Below, one piece after another: positions 32,230 to 41,262 of a stretch of DNA of 64,000 nucleotides. Under the pieces are notes generated by a model. The model had not been told where the DNA came from. It saw nothing but the letters and a program-made list of their open reading frames with translations, and made no database searches. This DNA comes from a virus, in IMG/VR virus record IMGVR_UViG_3300031521_000011, positions 96,001 through 160,000 of that record. The stretch is one strand, 5' to 3'. Position 1 is the stretch's first letter, and every line of letters starts with the position of its first letter. The position numbers were made by a program, and so were the translations under genes.

Positions 32230-34572
32230 ATGTTAAGGAAGCAAGGATATCGCTCACAGTATCAGGACCTTTTCGTTCGCATGTATCCAGAACTGTGCGA
32301 AACTGGACATCAAATACTTGCAACTAAAACAATTACATTCGTGCTTACAGAGGCTTGTCCTCTGAGGTGTTCGTACTGTGTTACAGCGGGAACAATGCTT
32401 CTTGATGGAAATTTTCAGGAAGTGCCTATTGAGAAAGTTAAAATTGGAGATACAATCATGGGATTCGATGAAAATAATCCAATGAATAGAAAGCAGAGAA
32501 AAGTATTTCCATCTAAAGTTACAGCAATATTTGAAAGGGATGCTGAAGTTATTCGCATTTCCTTTGATAATGGGGAAAGCTTAGAAATCACAGAAGAGCA
32601 TCCGCTACTTACAGATAGAGGCTGGAAACTTGCTGGTAAAGTATCCTGTGCAAATCTCGTAAAAAGCTTAACACCCAATATAAAAAATACCATACCAGTA
32701 GACATTGATAGTCTTTCATACAAGACTGGGTATGTAGTTGCCTCTTGGAAGGGCGATGGTAGTGTCAAAAGATATACACGGACAGTTGGAAATACAGAAG
32801 GTCTTGATATGTTCAAAATTCGCCTTGCGGTGAAAGATGATGAAATAATAGACCGCACGGAAAGATTTAGCAGAAATATAGGTATTGAATTTTATAGAAA
32901 ACTATATCTAGTCTCTAAAAAATATAATATGAAAAAAGAAGCTTTGTTTGCTAATACTCGAAAAGTCTATAATCAGCTAAATAATTTGTTCACAGAAAAT
33001 ATTGGTAGAAATGAATCTGTGGAGTATGCAAGTGGATTTTTAGCTGGAATTTATGATACAGAGGGTAGTATAAGCCCTAAGGGAATTATACGCATCTCAC
33101 AACTAGAGGGTGAAGTACTGAACGAGATACAACGTTGCCTGTCTATTCTGAAAATACCATTCGTAAACGAGGTATTTTCAGGTAGGGGTGCACACAATAT
33201 TCGTATTATCGAACCCTCTTGTGAGCATACTCGAACACTCAATGCGCTACGCTTTATTAGGCAAGTACGTCCTTCTGTTGCGCGAAAAGGTGTAAGCGTT
33301 TTCTATAATAGATCCTTACTTCTTGAGACTCGCATAGTCAAAATAGAAAAGGTAGGTAATAGAAAAGTATACAATGTTGAAACCGACTCCCATACCTACA
33401 TTGCAAACTATATGGCAGTTCATAATTGCTATCAGTGCAATAAAGATCACTCAGCCATCATGAGTAAGGAAGTGGCTGATAAAGCCATCGATACAATCCT
33501 ATCCAATGAGGCTATGCATGGATATATGGACTCAAATCAATCCCCATCCGTCATCCTTGACTTTATTGGCGGTGAGCCTCTGCTGGAGGCAGAGCTCATG
33601 GATTATATCGTCCAACAGTTCAGGAAGAAAGCCTACCTTCTCAATCATCCATGGGCCAAGTACCATATGATAAGCATCTCATCCAACGGAATCCCGATTA
33701 TATCGAATCCGAAGGCTGTAGAGTTTATTAAGAAATACAAAAATAAATTGAGTCTCACCATCACAATCGATGGCAACAAGGAGCTCCATGATGCCTGCCG
33801 GGTGTATCCTTCAGGGGCTGGCTCCTATGACGACGTTCGCAAGGCCATAGACATTGCTCGGCAGTATGTCACAATGACAAACACCAAGGTGACTCTGGCA
33901 CCTGAAAACGTACAGTACCTGACTGAGTCAGTCACCCACCTGTTTGATCTTGGGTTCACAGATGTGCACGCAAATTGCGTATTTGAAAACGTTTGGAAGA
34001 TTGAAAATGCCCAGGAGCTATATCGACAGATGATAAAGCTTGCAGACATTATGATTGATGGAAAACTCTATGAAAAGTATGAGTGTTCCTTGTTCGATGA
34101 CTTTATTGGTCACCCCATGCTCGATAGCGATACACAAAATTGGTGCGGAGGCTCAGGTCAAATGTTGGCTATTGGCACAGATGGCCGATTATTCCCATGT
34201 ATTCGCTTTATGAAGTATAGCTATAGTAATCAAATTCGTGAAGAATACGAGGTTGGCGACGTTGATCGTGGCATCGACAGGAAAGAAGATAATAAGTATC
34301 TGCAGATTCTTGGAACAATCACGCGCCAGGCTCAATCTACAGATGAGTGCTTGACCTGCCCGGTAGCCAGCGGATGCTCCTGGTGCACAGGTTACAACTA
34401 CGATTACTTCGGCACGCCGAATCACCGGGCTACATTCATCTGCTGGCCGCATAAGGCGAGGGTGTTGGCCAACCATTACTACTGGTCAAAGCTGGCTGAA
34501 GCTGGTATCATAGATACCGTTCCTGTTCTTCATTTAACTGATGAAGATATTAAGATAGTCAGGGGCGAATGA
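32230..34572 (+). CDS. Radical SAM/SPASM peptide maturase (CXXX-repeat-target type), intein-containing
   Basis: Spliced CPLRCSYCYQ motif, FIGGEPLLE, TIDG, SPASM Cys (WCGG...FPCIRF...CLTCPVASGCSWC...IC); 430-aa extein. Confidence 0.9.
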   Translation: MLRKQGYRSQYQDLFVRMYPELCETGHQILATKTITFVLTEACPLRCSYCVTAGTMLLDGNFQEVPIEKVKIGDTIMGFDENNPMNRKQRKVFPSKVTAIFERDAEVIRISFDNGESLEITEEHPLLTDRGWKLAGKVSCANLVKSLTPNIKNTIPVDIDSLSYKTGYVVASWKGDGSVKRYTRTVGNTEGLDMFKIRLAVKDDEIIDRTERFSRNIGIEFYRKLYLVSKKYNMKKEALFANTRKVYNQLNNLFTENIGRNESVEYASGFLAGIYDTEGSISPKGIIRISQLEGEVLNEIQRCLSILKIPFVNEVFSGRGAHNIRIIEPSCEHTRTLNALRFIRQVRPSVARKGVSVFYNRSLLLETRIVKIEKVGNRKVYNVETDSHTYIANYMAVHNCYQCNKDHSAIMSKEVADKAIDTILSNEAMHGYMDSNQSPSVILDFIGGEPLLEAELMDYIVQQFRKKAYLLNHPWAKYHMISISSNGIPIISNPKAVEFIKKYKNKLSLTITIDGNKELHDACRVYPSGAGSYDDVRKAIDIARQYVTMTNTKVTLAPENVQYLTESVTHLFDLGFTDVHANCVFENVWKIENAQELYRQMIKLADIMIDGKLYEKYECSLFDDFIGHPMLDSDTQNWCGGSGQMLAIGTDGRLFPCIRFMKYSYSNQIREEYEVGDVDRGIDRKEDNKYLQILGTITRQAQSTDECLTCPVASGCSWCTGYNYDYFGTPNHRATFICWPHKARVLANHYYWSKLAEAGIIDTVPVLHLTDEDIKIVRGE
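32377..33426 (+). mobile_element. Intein with LAGLIDADG homing endonuclease (350 aa)
   Basis: Begins C-V-T-A-G-T, block B ITEEHPLLT, LAGLIDADG-like ASWKGDGSV and FLAGIYDTEGSI, ends VYNVET...YIANYMAVHN followed by +1 Cys. Confidence 0.93.
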
Positions 34573-35396
34573 GAATGAAATATAAACCGTTTTTTGGCGT
34601 TACAGAAAAGATTGATGACGATATTGCGGATATAAAGAAGGAATCTGCAAAGATTCGTGAACCCGAAATTGGATGTTCAGTAGGCTGCTTTGGCTGTGGA
34701 ACTACATGTATTGGAGCATGCTTTGCTGCATGCGTCGGTGCATGCATAGGTAACTGCGCTGGTAGCTCCATGGGGAATATGAAGCCCCCTGTCGTATGTA
34801 ATCAGCCAAAATGCATGAGCTGCAGCAGCGAAGAGGTATTAATGTCATTTCCTGTTACGGAGGATTTGAGCTTATATCTTGAAAAACTCCTTACCGAGAG
34901 GATATCGCTGCAAGAGATTATTATATCGGTAGGGAATGACCCAACCATCGAGAATGACGAAAAATTTCAAGAACTTATGCAGCAATATAAAGATGCATTC
35001 GTGGCGTGGGACTACTGCTACATAATGCTGGCAAAGGAATATGTTCCTGCAGAATATATGGGCGGTATTTCATTTTCATTCAACGAAAAAACATTCGTAT
35101 ATAAAGGAGAGGTAAAAAACATGAGCAATGCAAAAGTACTCACAGAAGCCATCGAGTCAGAGGAAAAGGATACCCTTCAGAACAGCTGGTACGACAGAGA
35201 GGCACTCCATGAGCTGATCAAGGAAGGCTCCACATCCATCGAAGTAATGAGGGAATTCAAGGAAGCCAACCGTATCTATCAAAAGACATGGAACGATCTG
35301 CTGAAGAAGTATTTCCCCAGCGTGGATACATCAACCAACGGCACGGCATCGTGGACTTGCGACTTCGAGGCCAACACGGTCACGGTCACCATGTAG
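34569..35396 (+). CDS. Short CXXX-repeat peptide fused to two CXXX-system accessory-like domains
   Basis: N-terminal CSVGCFGCGTTCIGACFAACVGACIGNC; two related ~90-aa domains ending ISFSFNEKTFVY and WTCDFEANTVTV; internal in-frame RBS+ATG at 34842 and 35121. Confidence 0.7.
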   Translation: MRMKYKPFFGVTEKIDDDIADIKKESAKIREPEIGCSVGCFGCGTTCIGACFAACVGACIGNCAGSSMGNMKPPVVCNQPKCMSCSSEEVLMSFPVTEDLSLYLEKLLTERISLQEIIISVGNDPTIENDEKFQELMQQYKDAFVAWDYCYIMLAKEYVPAEYMGGISFSFNEKTFVYKGEVKNMSNAKVLTEAIESEEKDTLQNSWYDREALHELIKEGSTSIEVMREFKEANRIYQKTWNDLLKKYFPSVDTSTNGTASWTCDFEANTVTVTM

Positions 35397-35409
35397 GGAG
35401 GTTCTGATA

Positions 35410-35841
35410 ATGAAAATATCTCTAAAGAATCTCCAGAGCCTATATCTAGCTCATCAGAATCTTCTCAGTTTCGAGTTGAGTGGCCGGTTTGGATATATGG
35501 CTGCCATAAATCTACAGGTTCTGGAACCGGCCTGGGAGGAATATGTCAAGCGCAGACAAATCCTCGAAATGTCCTACGCTCATAAAGAAGATGGGCAAAT
35601 TATGCGCGACTTAACCGGCGGTATCATCTTTGATGATGAAGAAAAATACCAATCAGAACTGGATAAACTCCAGCGCACAATCTCTAATGTCCCCCTATAT
35701 GTATTCGAGAGAGAAGATGTTGTAGAACATGGAAGAATACTGGGGGCCATCATGTACAACCTTCTACCCGTCATGCCGGATCTGGCGTGGCCAATTGTGC
35801 CCGTAATGGCAGAAAGCGAGGATGCATCATGTCAGCAGTAA
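35410..35841 (+). CDS. Hypothetical phage protein (DUF1617-like)
   Basis: 143 aa with GGAGG RBS; pattern resembles small proteins often found between fibre and lysis genes. Confidence 0.55.
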   Translation: MKISLKNLQSLYLAHQNLLSFELSGRFGYMAAINLQVLEPAWEEYVKRRQILEMSYAHKEDGQIMRDLTGGIIFDDEEKYQSELDKLQRTISNVPLYVFEREDVVEHGRILGAIMYNLLPVMPDLAWPIVPVMAESEDASCQQ

Positions 35842-36728
35842 TTGGGAGAAAGCCAAAGGTAGCTCTGACCAGGGGGCATGACCCCAGCACGCCCGGGAAG
35901 CGCTCGTTCGATGGAAAGCTCAGGGAGTGGGCCTTCAACGATGACATGGCCGCGCGCCTTAATAAGCATCTGCTGTTCAATGGGATCGACGTCCTATTGA
36001 CGATCCCTACCGGAGGAGCGGATGCGCTGCCGGACATCAACACCCACAATGGATATCTTAACCGCAAGGCGCGTATCGCCAAGATCAACGCCTGGAAGCC
36101 GGATCTGGAGATCGAGTTCCACGCCAATGCCTGTGGTACCAACTGGAATAGCGGCCGTGGGCAAATCCTCTATATCGCAGCGTCAAAGAGGGGAACGGAC
36201 TCCGAAAAATTCATCAATGTGCTTCGCAAATACATGCGCTCTGTGGCCGGCACTGGCTCTATCACGCCGGATCGTGGATTCGGCTATAAGAACTTTGATA
36301 TCGTGAATGGCGTCAAAGCTCCATGCTGCCTGATCGAGCATGCTTTCATGACGAATCACGAAGACGTTGCATTGCTATTGAGTGATGTGCAGCGCGATAA
36401 ATGGGCCGAGGCAGAGGCCCGGGCCGTCTGCGAGTGGTTCGCTATTCCGTTTAAAAACTACAAAAATGTTGTTACGCCGCCAAAGCCGCCAAAGCCACCG
36501 GTTCCGAAAATGCCCACCCTCAAGCGCGGCATGGTGAATAATGATGATGTTCGTAAGCTGCAGAATGCCATCAATAAGTTCATCGCAGACAAAAAGAATT
36601 GGCTTGATGTGGATGGAGACTTCGGAGAACTGACAGAACAGGCCCTTATAGCTGTCCAGAAGGCATTACTGCCCTCTTCCCCCTTGGGAGTTGCCGATCA
36701 AGCAACCTGGGACAAGCTACTGGCATAA
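35829..36728 (+). CDS. Endolysin: N-acetylmuramoyl-L-alanine amidase (Amidase_3) plus PG-binding domain
   Basis: RGH, LREWAFN, FHANA, LIEHAFMTN catalytic motifs; PPKPPKP linker; LKRG...VDGDFGELT...VQ PG_binding_1. Confidence 0.9.
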   Translation: MSAVIGRKPKVALTRGHDPSTPGKRSFDGKLREWAFNDDMAARLNKHLLFNGIDVLLTIPTGGADALPDINTHNGYLNRKARIAKINAWKPDLEIEFHANACGTNWNSGRGQILYIAASKRGTDSEKFINVLRKYMRSVAGTGSITPDRGFGYKNFDIVNGVKAPCCLIEHAFMTNHEDVALLLSDVQRDKWAEAEARAVCEWFAIPFKNYKNVVTPPKPPKPPVPKMPTLKRGMVNNDDVRKLQNAINKFIADKKNWLDVDGDFGELTEQALIAVQKALLPSSPLGVADQATWDKLLA

Positions 36729-36743
36729 CATGAGCCCAGCATC

Positions 36744-36769
36744 AGAGAGCGCGTCATGCGCTCTCTTTT
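36744..36769 (+). terminator. Rho-independent terminator after endolysin
   Basis: AGAGAGCGC-GTCAT-GCGCTCTCTTTT. Confidence 0.75.
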
Positions 36770-36863
36770 GCTATGATAAACTTTTGTATCGCTCTGGCAT
36801 CTGACCACCATATGTGGTATCATTTTTATTGAACTAAAAAAAGGAATATGGAGGTGCCTAACC

Positions 36864-37367
36864 ATGGCTGAGACACCTAAAGGCGTATGCCCGGCCCATG
36901 AATATTTCGAGAAAAATATAACCGATGGGCTCAACAATATATTAAGGGTTGTTGAAGAAATGAAGTCTGATCAACGATCTGAGATAGACAGTATCAAGAA
37001 CAGGCTTGACCGGGTTGAGACAACGCAGAGGGATTCAGCAATTGTTAATGAACGTATAAAAATCATTTCAGAAGAAAATGGAAGAAAATACGATCAAATA
37101 CAAACAACCCTCAGTAGTGTCGTCGATAAATTGGATAAGACATGCACTGCGGTTGCCAGGACTCAAGGCGCCGAAGAAGCAAGAAAGCAGATGACAAGTC
37201 AATCTGCTAGTCAAAAAAAAAATTCGGAAACCGCCCCATCGTCGAGCGCAAAGCCGGATTCTAATATTAGTCGGGCACTTCTTATCTCAGTTATCGCACT
37301 GGCTATCGTAATTTTAGTCTTGATTGGTGTGAAGATTGAGGATATAATAAAGATCGTAAAGCCATAG
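36864..37367 (+). CDS. Coiled-coil protein with C-terminal TM helix (XhlA/holin-accessory-like)
   Basis: Coiled coil followed by ALLISVIALAIVILVLIGV; within lysis cluster. Confidence 0.55.
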   Translation: MAETPKGVCPAHEYFEKNITDGLNNILRVVEEMKSDQRSEIDSIKNRLDRVETTQRDSAIVNERIKIISEENGRKYDQIQTTLSSVVDKLDKTCTAVARTQGAEEARKQMTSQSASQKKNSETAPSSSAKPDSNISRALLISVIALAIVILVLIGVKIEDIIKIVKP

Positions 37368-37390
37368 CGCTTACAGTAGGAGGTACAATC

Positions 37391-37879
37391 ATGTTCTTTC
37401 ATAACATTGGAACTTTTATAGCAACTAACTGGACACTGCTTCTGGCGCTTGTCCTGGTTGTTGCCCTCTTGGCCGTACTCTTGATCGGCAAAAAGAACAA
37501 ACTCGTGCTGCAGTTCATGCTGTTGGCTGAAAAGAAAGCTGACGACTATTGCCTGCGCACAGGGGAGGATAAAATCTCATTTGTAGCAGATTTTGTCCTA
37601 TCTCAGCTTAGAAGGCTGCCATTCGGAAACATACTCGCCATATTTATACCTCGAACTGCGGTTATTAAAGCCGTCGACTATCTATTATATCAGGCATATG
37701 ACTATGTTGATGACGGAAAATTTGATGATAGCTGGACCCCTGAAGAGGAAGAGAAGCTGAAACAAGAATTATTGGACAATTATAATGAATCAAAATCCCA
37801 GTTGCCTGAATCAGTTACTGCTGTAGTTTCGGACACTGCGCCACCCGCCGGCGAGGAAAGCATTGCTCCTGGAGAGTAG
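37391..37879 (+). CDS. Putative holin
   Basis: N-terminal TM helix, LLAEKK...GEDKISFV pattern of single-TM holins; next to endolysin. Confidence 0.6.
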   Translation: MFFHNIGTFIATNWTLLLALVLVVALLAVLLIGKKNKLVLQFMLLAEKKADDYCLRTGEDKISFVADFVLSQLRRLPFGNILAIFIPRTAVIKAVDYLLYQAYDYVDDGKFDDSWTPEEEEKLKQELLDNYNESKSQLPESVTAVVSDTAPPAGEESIAPGE

Positions 37880-37897
37880 TGCAAAAGAGAGAAGAGA

Positions 37898-37929
37898 AGG
37901 GCGGGGATTTCTCCCCGCCCTATTTCTTT
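37898..37929. terminator. Probable bidirectional terminator at the strand switch
   Basis: AGGGCGGGGA-TTTC-TCCCCGCCCT hairpin between convergent gene blocks. Confidence 0.75.
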
Positions 37930-38129
37930 GTATTGGTGGCTATGACTCCTGATAACATAACACCGCCATCTTCCATAAGTTCATACACCTCGACTCCGCC
38001 CGCTTTCACTTTGAATTCGATAGAGCACCAACTGCAAAAGAACCTATTATGTCCGCAGTCACCGACAGAATTAGGTAAGTTACATATTGGGCATATTTCT
38101 TTTTTCGGAGCGGAGTCGGGGTGATTCAT
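37920..38129 (-). CDS. Small Zn-ribbon protein
   Basis: CPIC...FFCSWCSIEF; GGAGG RBS upstream. Confidence 0.65.
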   Translation of the reverse strand: MNHPDSAPKKEICPICNLPNSVGDCGHNRFFCSWCSIEFKVKAGGVEVYELMEDGGVMLSGVIATNTKK

Positions 38130-38141
38130 ATTGCGCCCTCC

Positions 38142-40118
38142 TTATTTCTTAGCAAAGGCGCTAAAGATATTTTGCTGTGCATCATTACGGGCTTCGGTTT
38201 TCACACGCTCAGCATTACCGAAGAATTCCTTAAGAATTGCCACCTGGGCAGAATGTTGATCAATCTGATTTTCCAGTTTTATAGTATCACGACTCTTACG
38301 CCGTGCCCGGGCCGCCATGCCGCCAACAACCTTCACTCGACTCTTTTCAAATTCTTCCCTGGCTGTATAGAATCGATTCGTAGCCTGCTGCGCAAAGAAC
38401 TTCACATGCTCGTCCAGTACATCAATCACTTCAGTCACCTTCCTTGCTGCCTCCAGCATAAATTCTGGAAGATAACCAATTTCTTTCTCGTAATCGACAT
38501 TTCGAGCTCCACGGCCAATCCTCTGAACGAGTGTGATTTCAGAGTTGCCAGCGCTGCCAATGACGACGCCACTGATTGATGGGATATTCACGCCGGCATC
38601 AAAAATTGTGCTACCAATGAGGATTTTGAACTTGCCCTTCCTGAATTCTTTAATGGCCATCACCCGGGCGGCGTCAGCCGTTTCACCGTAGATATATCGC
38701 ACATCATCTTCAGGAATACCTTGCTCTACAAACATATTCTTCAAGATGAACCCATGCTCAATGCGGGTAATCAAAACCAGGACAAATCTGCCATCATTTA
38801 CCATTCTCAAAGTATGCTCTACAATCAATTCATTGCGAAGTTGATTATTTACAATCCACTCCGTATAGGCTTCCGCATACTCAATACTGGTATCTTTTTC
38901 ATTGTATAATCCGTGGTTAAAGGGGATGTACTTAATATCCAGTTCGCATAGGCGGCCTTTATCAATTTGCTCACCTGCCGATGTGGTAAAGATTGCCGGA
39001 CCGGATTGTGCATTGATTTTTAATGAAGCGCCGTCGGTGCGCTTTGGAGTAGCTGAAAAAGTAAAACGAAGAGGAGCAAGGCACTTATCCAGCACATGAT
39101 CCCATGTTGGAGTGCCTACTGCCTGACATTCATCTACGAGCAATAACTTACACACATTCTCCAGCCATTCTTTCATTTGCTTTTTAGTTCTTGGATCTTT
39201 GAGTCGTGCATCAATGCTTTGTATTGTAGCAACTATTATCCTAGAGTTCAAGGGTGGAATGTTTTTAGCTGTCATTTCAGGTTTAAGTTTCGTTTTTCCA
39301 AAGACTCCATCCTTGATTTGATCTACATCCTCCGGATTCACACCCACCAAGAAATCTAAGAAAGCGTCTCTGGCGTCGTCCAGGAGCGCCTTTTTGTTGG
39401 CCAAAAAAAGTACCGGAACGCCAAATGCGCCAACGATCTTAACCATCAGTATAGCTGTCTTTCCAAATCCGGTGGGAGCCTTTAGTATTCCTCGAAGATT
39501 TTCAACAGAGAGTCGCACTGCCTCATCTTGATCCGGGTCCGCCACGATGCCAGCCTTGTTGTTTTCATTCCACTTCCATGGAAACTGCCGGGGAGGAAGC
39601 GCCTCATATGAAGTAGATACCGTATATGGCATATGCATCTCATCCAGCTTGGCCTTTACCAAATAAAGAAGACCTGATGGAAAAGTATGCTTTGTTTTAT
39701 TGTACATTTCCACGTAGCCATCCCAATTGCCATTTGCGTAAGCTTTCTGATTCACAGCTGCTTTGAAGAAGTACCTGCATGCCTCATTGATGGGATTGTT
39801 GATCTTCGCAAACGTCTCTTCCGATGTATCAATTGTGCTATCGAGAATCTCGCAATTAATGGCAATGGGGCGGTTTGCTTTATATTCCTGTTCCCATTTT
39901 ATGAACTCCTGACTGTACAGAAATTCTGCTCCAGACTTCTTTTGGTTGGCGATCCTTAAATTTTCAAAAAGGGTTATCTGCGCTTCTGGTATCCACCACC
40001 TGGGTGGATCATATCTCGCCCCGGGAACATGCTGCATGATGTCAATCAATACATCGTTCTCAGTGATATTCTGCGCGCGGAGGGATACTTCTCCATGATA
40101 ATGATGCACGCCGATCAT
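38142..40118 (-). CDS. SF2 DExD/H helicase (UvsW/ResIII-like)
   Basis: APTGFGKT, LLVDECQ, SAT, FDAGVNIP, QRIGRGAR motifs. Confidence 0.9.
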   Translation of the reverse strand: MIGVHHYHGEVSLRAQNITENDVLIDIMQHVPGARYDPPRWWIPEAQITLFENLRIANQKKSGAEFLYSQEFIKWEQEYKANRPIAINCEILDSTIDTSEETFAKINNPINEACRYFFKAAVNQKAYANGNWDGYVEMYNKTKHTFPSGLLYLVKAKLDEMHMPYTVSTSYEALPPRQFPWKWNENNKAGIVADPDQDEAVRLSVENLRGILKAPTGFGKTAILMVKIVGAFGVPVLFLANKKALLDDARDAFLDFLVGVNPEDVDQIKDGVFGKTKLKPEMTAKNIPPLNSRIIVATIQSIDARLKDPRTKKQMKEWLENVCKLLLVDECQAVGTPTWDHVLDKCLAPLRFTFSATPKRTDGASLKINAQSGPAIFTTSAGEQIDKGRLCELDIKYIPFNHGLYNEKDTSIEYAEAYTEWIVNNQLRNELIVEHTLRMVNDGRFVLVLITRIEHGFILKNMFVEQGIPEDDVRYIYGETADAARVMAIKEFRKGKFKILIGSTIFDAGVNIPSISGVVIGSAGNSEITLVQRIGRGARNVDYEKEIGYLPEFMLEAARKVTEVIDVLDEHVKFFAQQATNRFYTAREEFEKSRVKVVGGMAARARRKSRDTIKLENQIDQHSAQVAILKEFFGNAERVKTEARNDAQQNIFSAFAKK

Positions 40119-40146
40119 TTATATTCACCTTTCTTCCCACAAATAT

Positions 40147-40176
40147 GAAAACAGGCCAAGCGCAATGCTTGGCCTG
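40147..40176 (-). terminator. Rho-independent terminator
   Basis: CAGGCCAAGC-GCAAT-GCTTGGCCTG with T tail on - strand. Confidence 0.7.
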
Positions 40177-40193
40177 AGGGTTAGGCCTACGGA

Positions 40194-40388
40194 CTATTCC
40201 TGCGAATCATTGATGGGCAGGATGCTCTGAGGTGTTACCGTTATGACGATTCCGGTGCCGAGGTTGCTTTTCGCTTGCTCGACAATCATCGTGCCGGCTA
40301 CCACCACAGCAGTCAATGCCGCGCATTTGACAACAGGGTTGGCCCATACCTTTTTACAAAATATTTTGAATTTTTCGCCAGCCATAAT
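40194..40388 (-). CDS. Small membrane protein
   Basis: GAGGAG RBS; basic N-terminus plus hydrophobic helix. Confidence 0.65.
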   Translation of the reverse strand: MMAGEKFKIFCKKVWANPVVKCAALTAVVVAGTMIVEQAKSNLGTGIVITVTPQSILPINDSQE

Positions 40389-40416
40389 GATCACTCCTCT
40401 GACTTTTATTGACCCG

Positions 40417-40446
40417 ATTGTAGCACAGTCAGAGGAGTGATGTCAA
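40417..40446 (-). promoter_or_regulatory. Sigma-A-type promoter with extended -10
   Basis: TTGACA-18 bp-TACAAT with upstream TG (TGcTACAAT). Confidence 0.7.
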
Positions 40447-40472
40447 CAGACTTATTTCAGTATGTGTACTCC

Positions 40473-40504
40473 AAAAAGAAAAGGAAGGCGGGGTTTCCCC
40501 CGCC
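40473..40504 (-). terminator. Rho-independent terminator
   Basis: GGCGGGG hairpin followed by T-rich tail on - strand. Confidence 0.7.
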
Positions 40505-40508
40505 GATT

Positions 40509-40646
40509 TTAGATATCGAGATTGCATCCGGTTTCCTTCAGACCTTTATAGAGCCCGAACGCCAGGGTTTCGCATAATGCGATCCCTGCCAGCACCAATG
40601 ATGCCTTTATGATTGGATTCTTCAATAGGCTTGATAAGAAATTCAT
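40509..40646 (-). CDS. Small membrane protein (45 aa, not in ORF track)
   Basis: GGAGGT RBS; MNFLSSLLKNPIIKASLVLAGIALCETLAFGLYKGLKETGCNLDI. Confidence 0.65.
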   Translation of the reverse strand: MNFLSSLLKNPIIKASLVLAGIALCETLAFGLYKGLKETGCNLDI

Positions 40647-40655
40647 GTTTACCTC

Positions 40656-41252
40656 CTACTTCTTGTCTGCTGTGAAAATGGATCTATACTGATCATTCAG
40701 AATCGAAGTTACAGCCTTTAAGCCAATGATTCCAGTAATGATTGCAGCCTGCTTCAGCGTGTTGCTTGACAGGGCATTCTTCACTTTAATGGCTATCTGG
40801 TTGGTCTTCTTATTACGATTTCTGATATAATCCAGGTGTGGATTTTGACTTACCGGCTTGCCTGCCGGCTTTGTGACTGCGAGTTCCTTCTCGGCCTCAG
40901 CAAAGGCTTTCTTTCGGATATCAGAGAACCTATTGTTGGTCCGCTCGAACTCTCCTTTTGTGCTTGTATCTGTGGTTGTTTTATAGTAATTGGATCCAAA
41001 TCCGGAGGACGGTGCAGAGGATGCTGCCGAGGTACCTCCGAATCCCCCGGAAGATGTTGATGACTTTGCCGCTGCAGGGATTGCTGCCTCGAACTTCTTG
41101 ACGTCGTTGGCCATAGGGGTTACATCCTTGATTCGCTTCGTAAAGCCTTCACCGAGGTCTTTCTTTGCAGCCTCTACGACAATGGGATCGGGAGCGTAGT
41201 AATCTCTGATAACCAGACTATTGAGGGCATCAACCTCATTAAATTCTTCCAT
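40656..41252 (-). CDS. Hypothetical protein with C-terminal hydrophobic helix
   Basis: 198 aa, Ser/Gly-rich linker, RBS present. Confidence 0.65.
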   Translation of the reverse strand: MEEFNEVDALNSLVIRDYYAPDPIVVEAAKKDLGEGFTKRIKDVTPMANDVKKFEAAIPAAAKSSTSSGGFGGTSAASSAPSSGFGSNYYKTTTDTSTKGEFERTNNRFSDIRKKAFAEAEKELAVTKPAGKPVSQNPHLDYIRNRNKKTNQIAIKVKNALSSNTLKQAAIITGIIGLKAVTSILNDQYRSIFTADKK

Positions 41253-41262
41253 ACTCCCTTCC

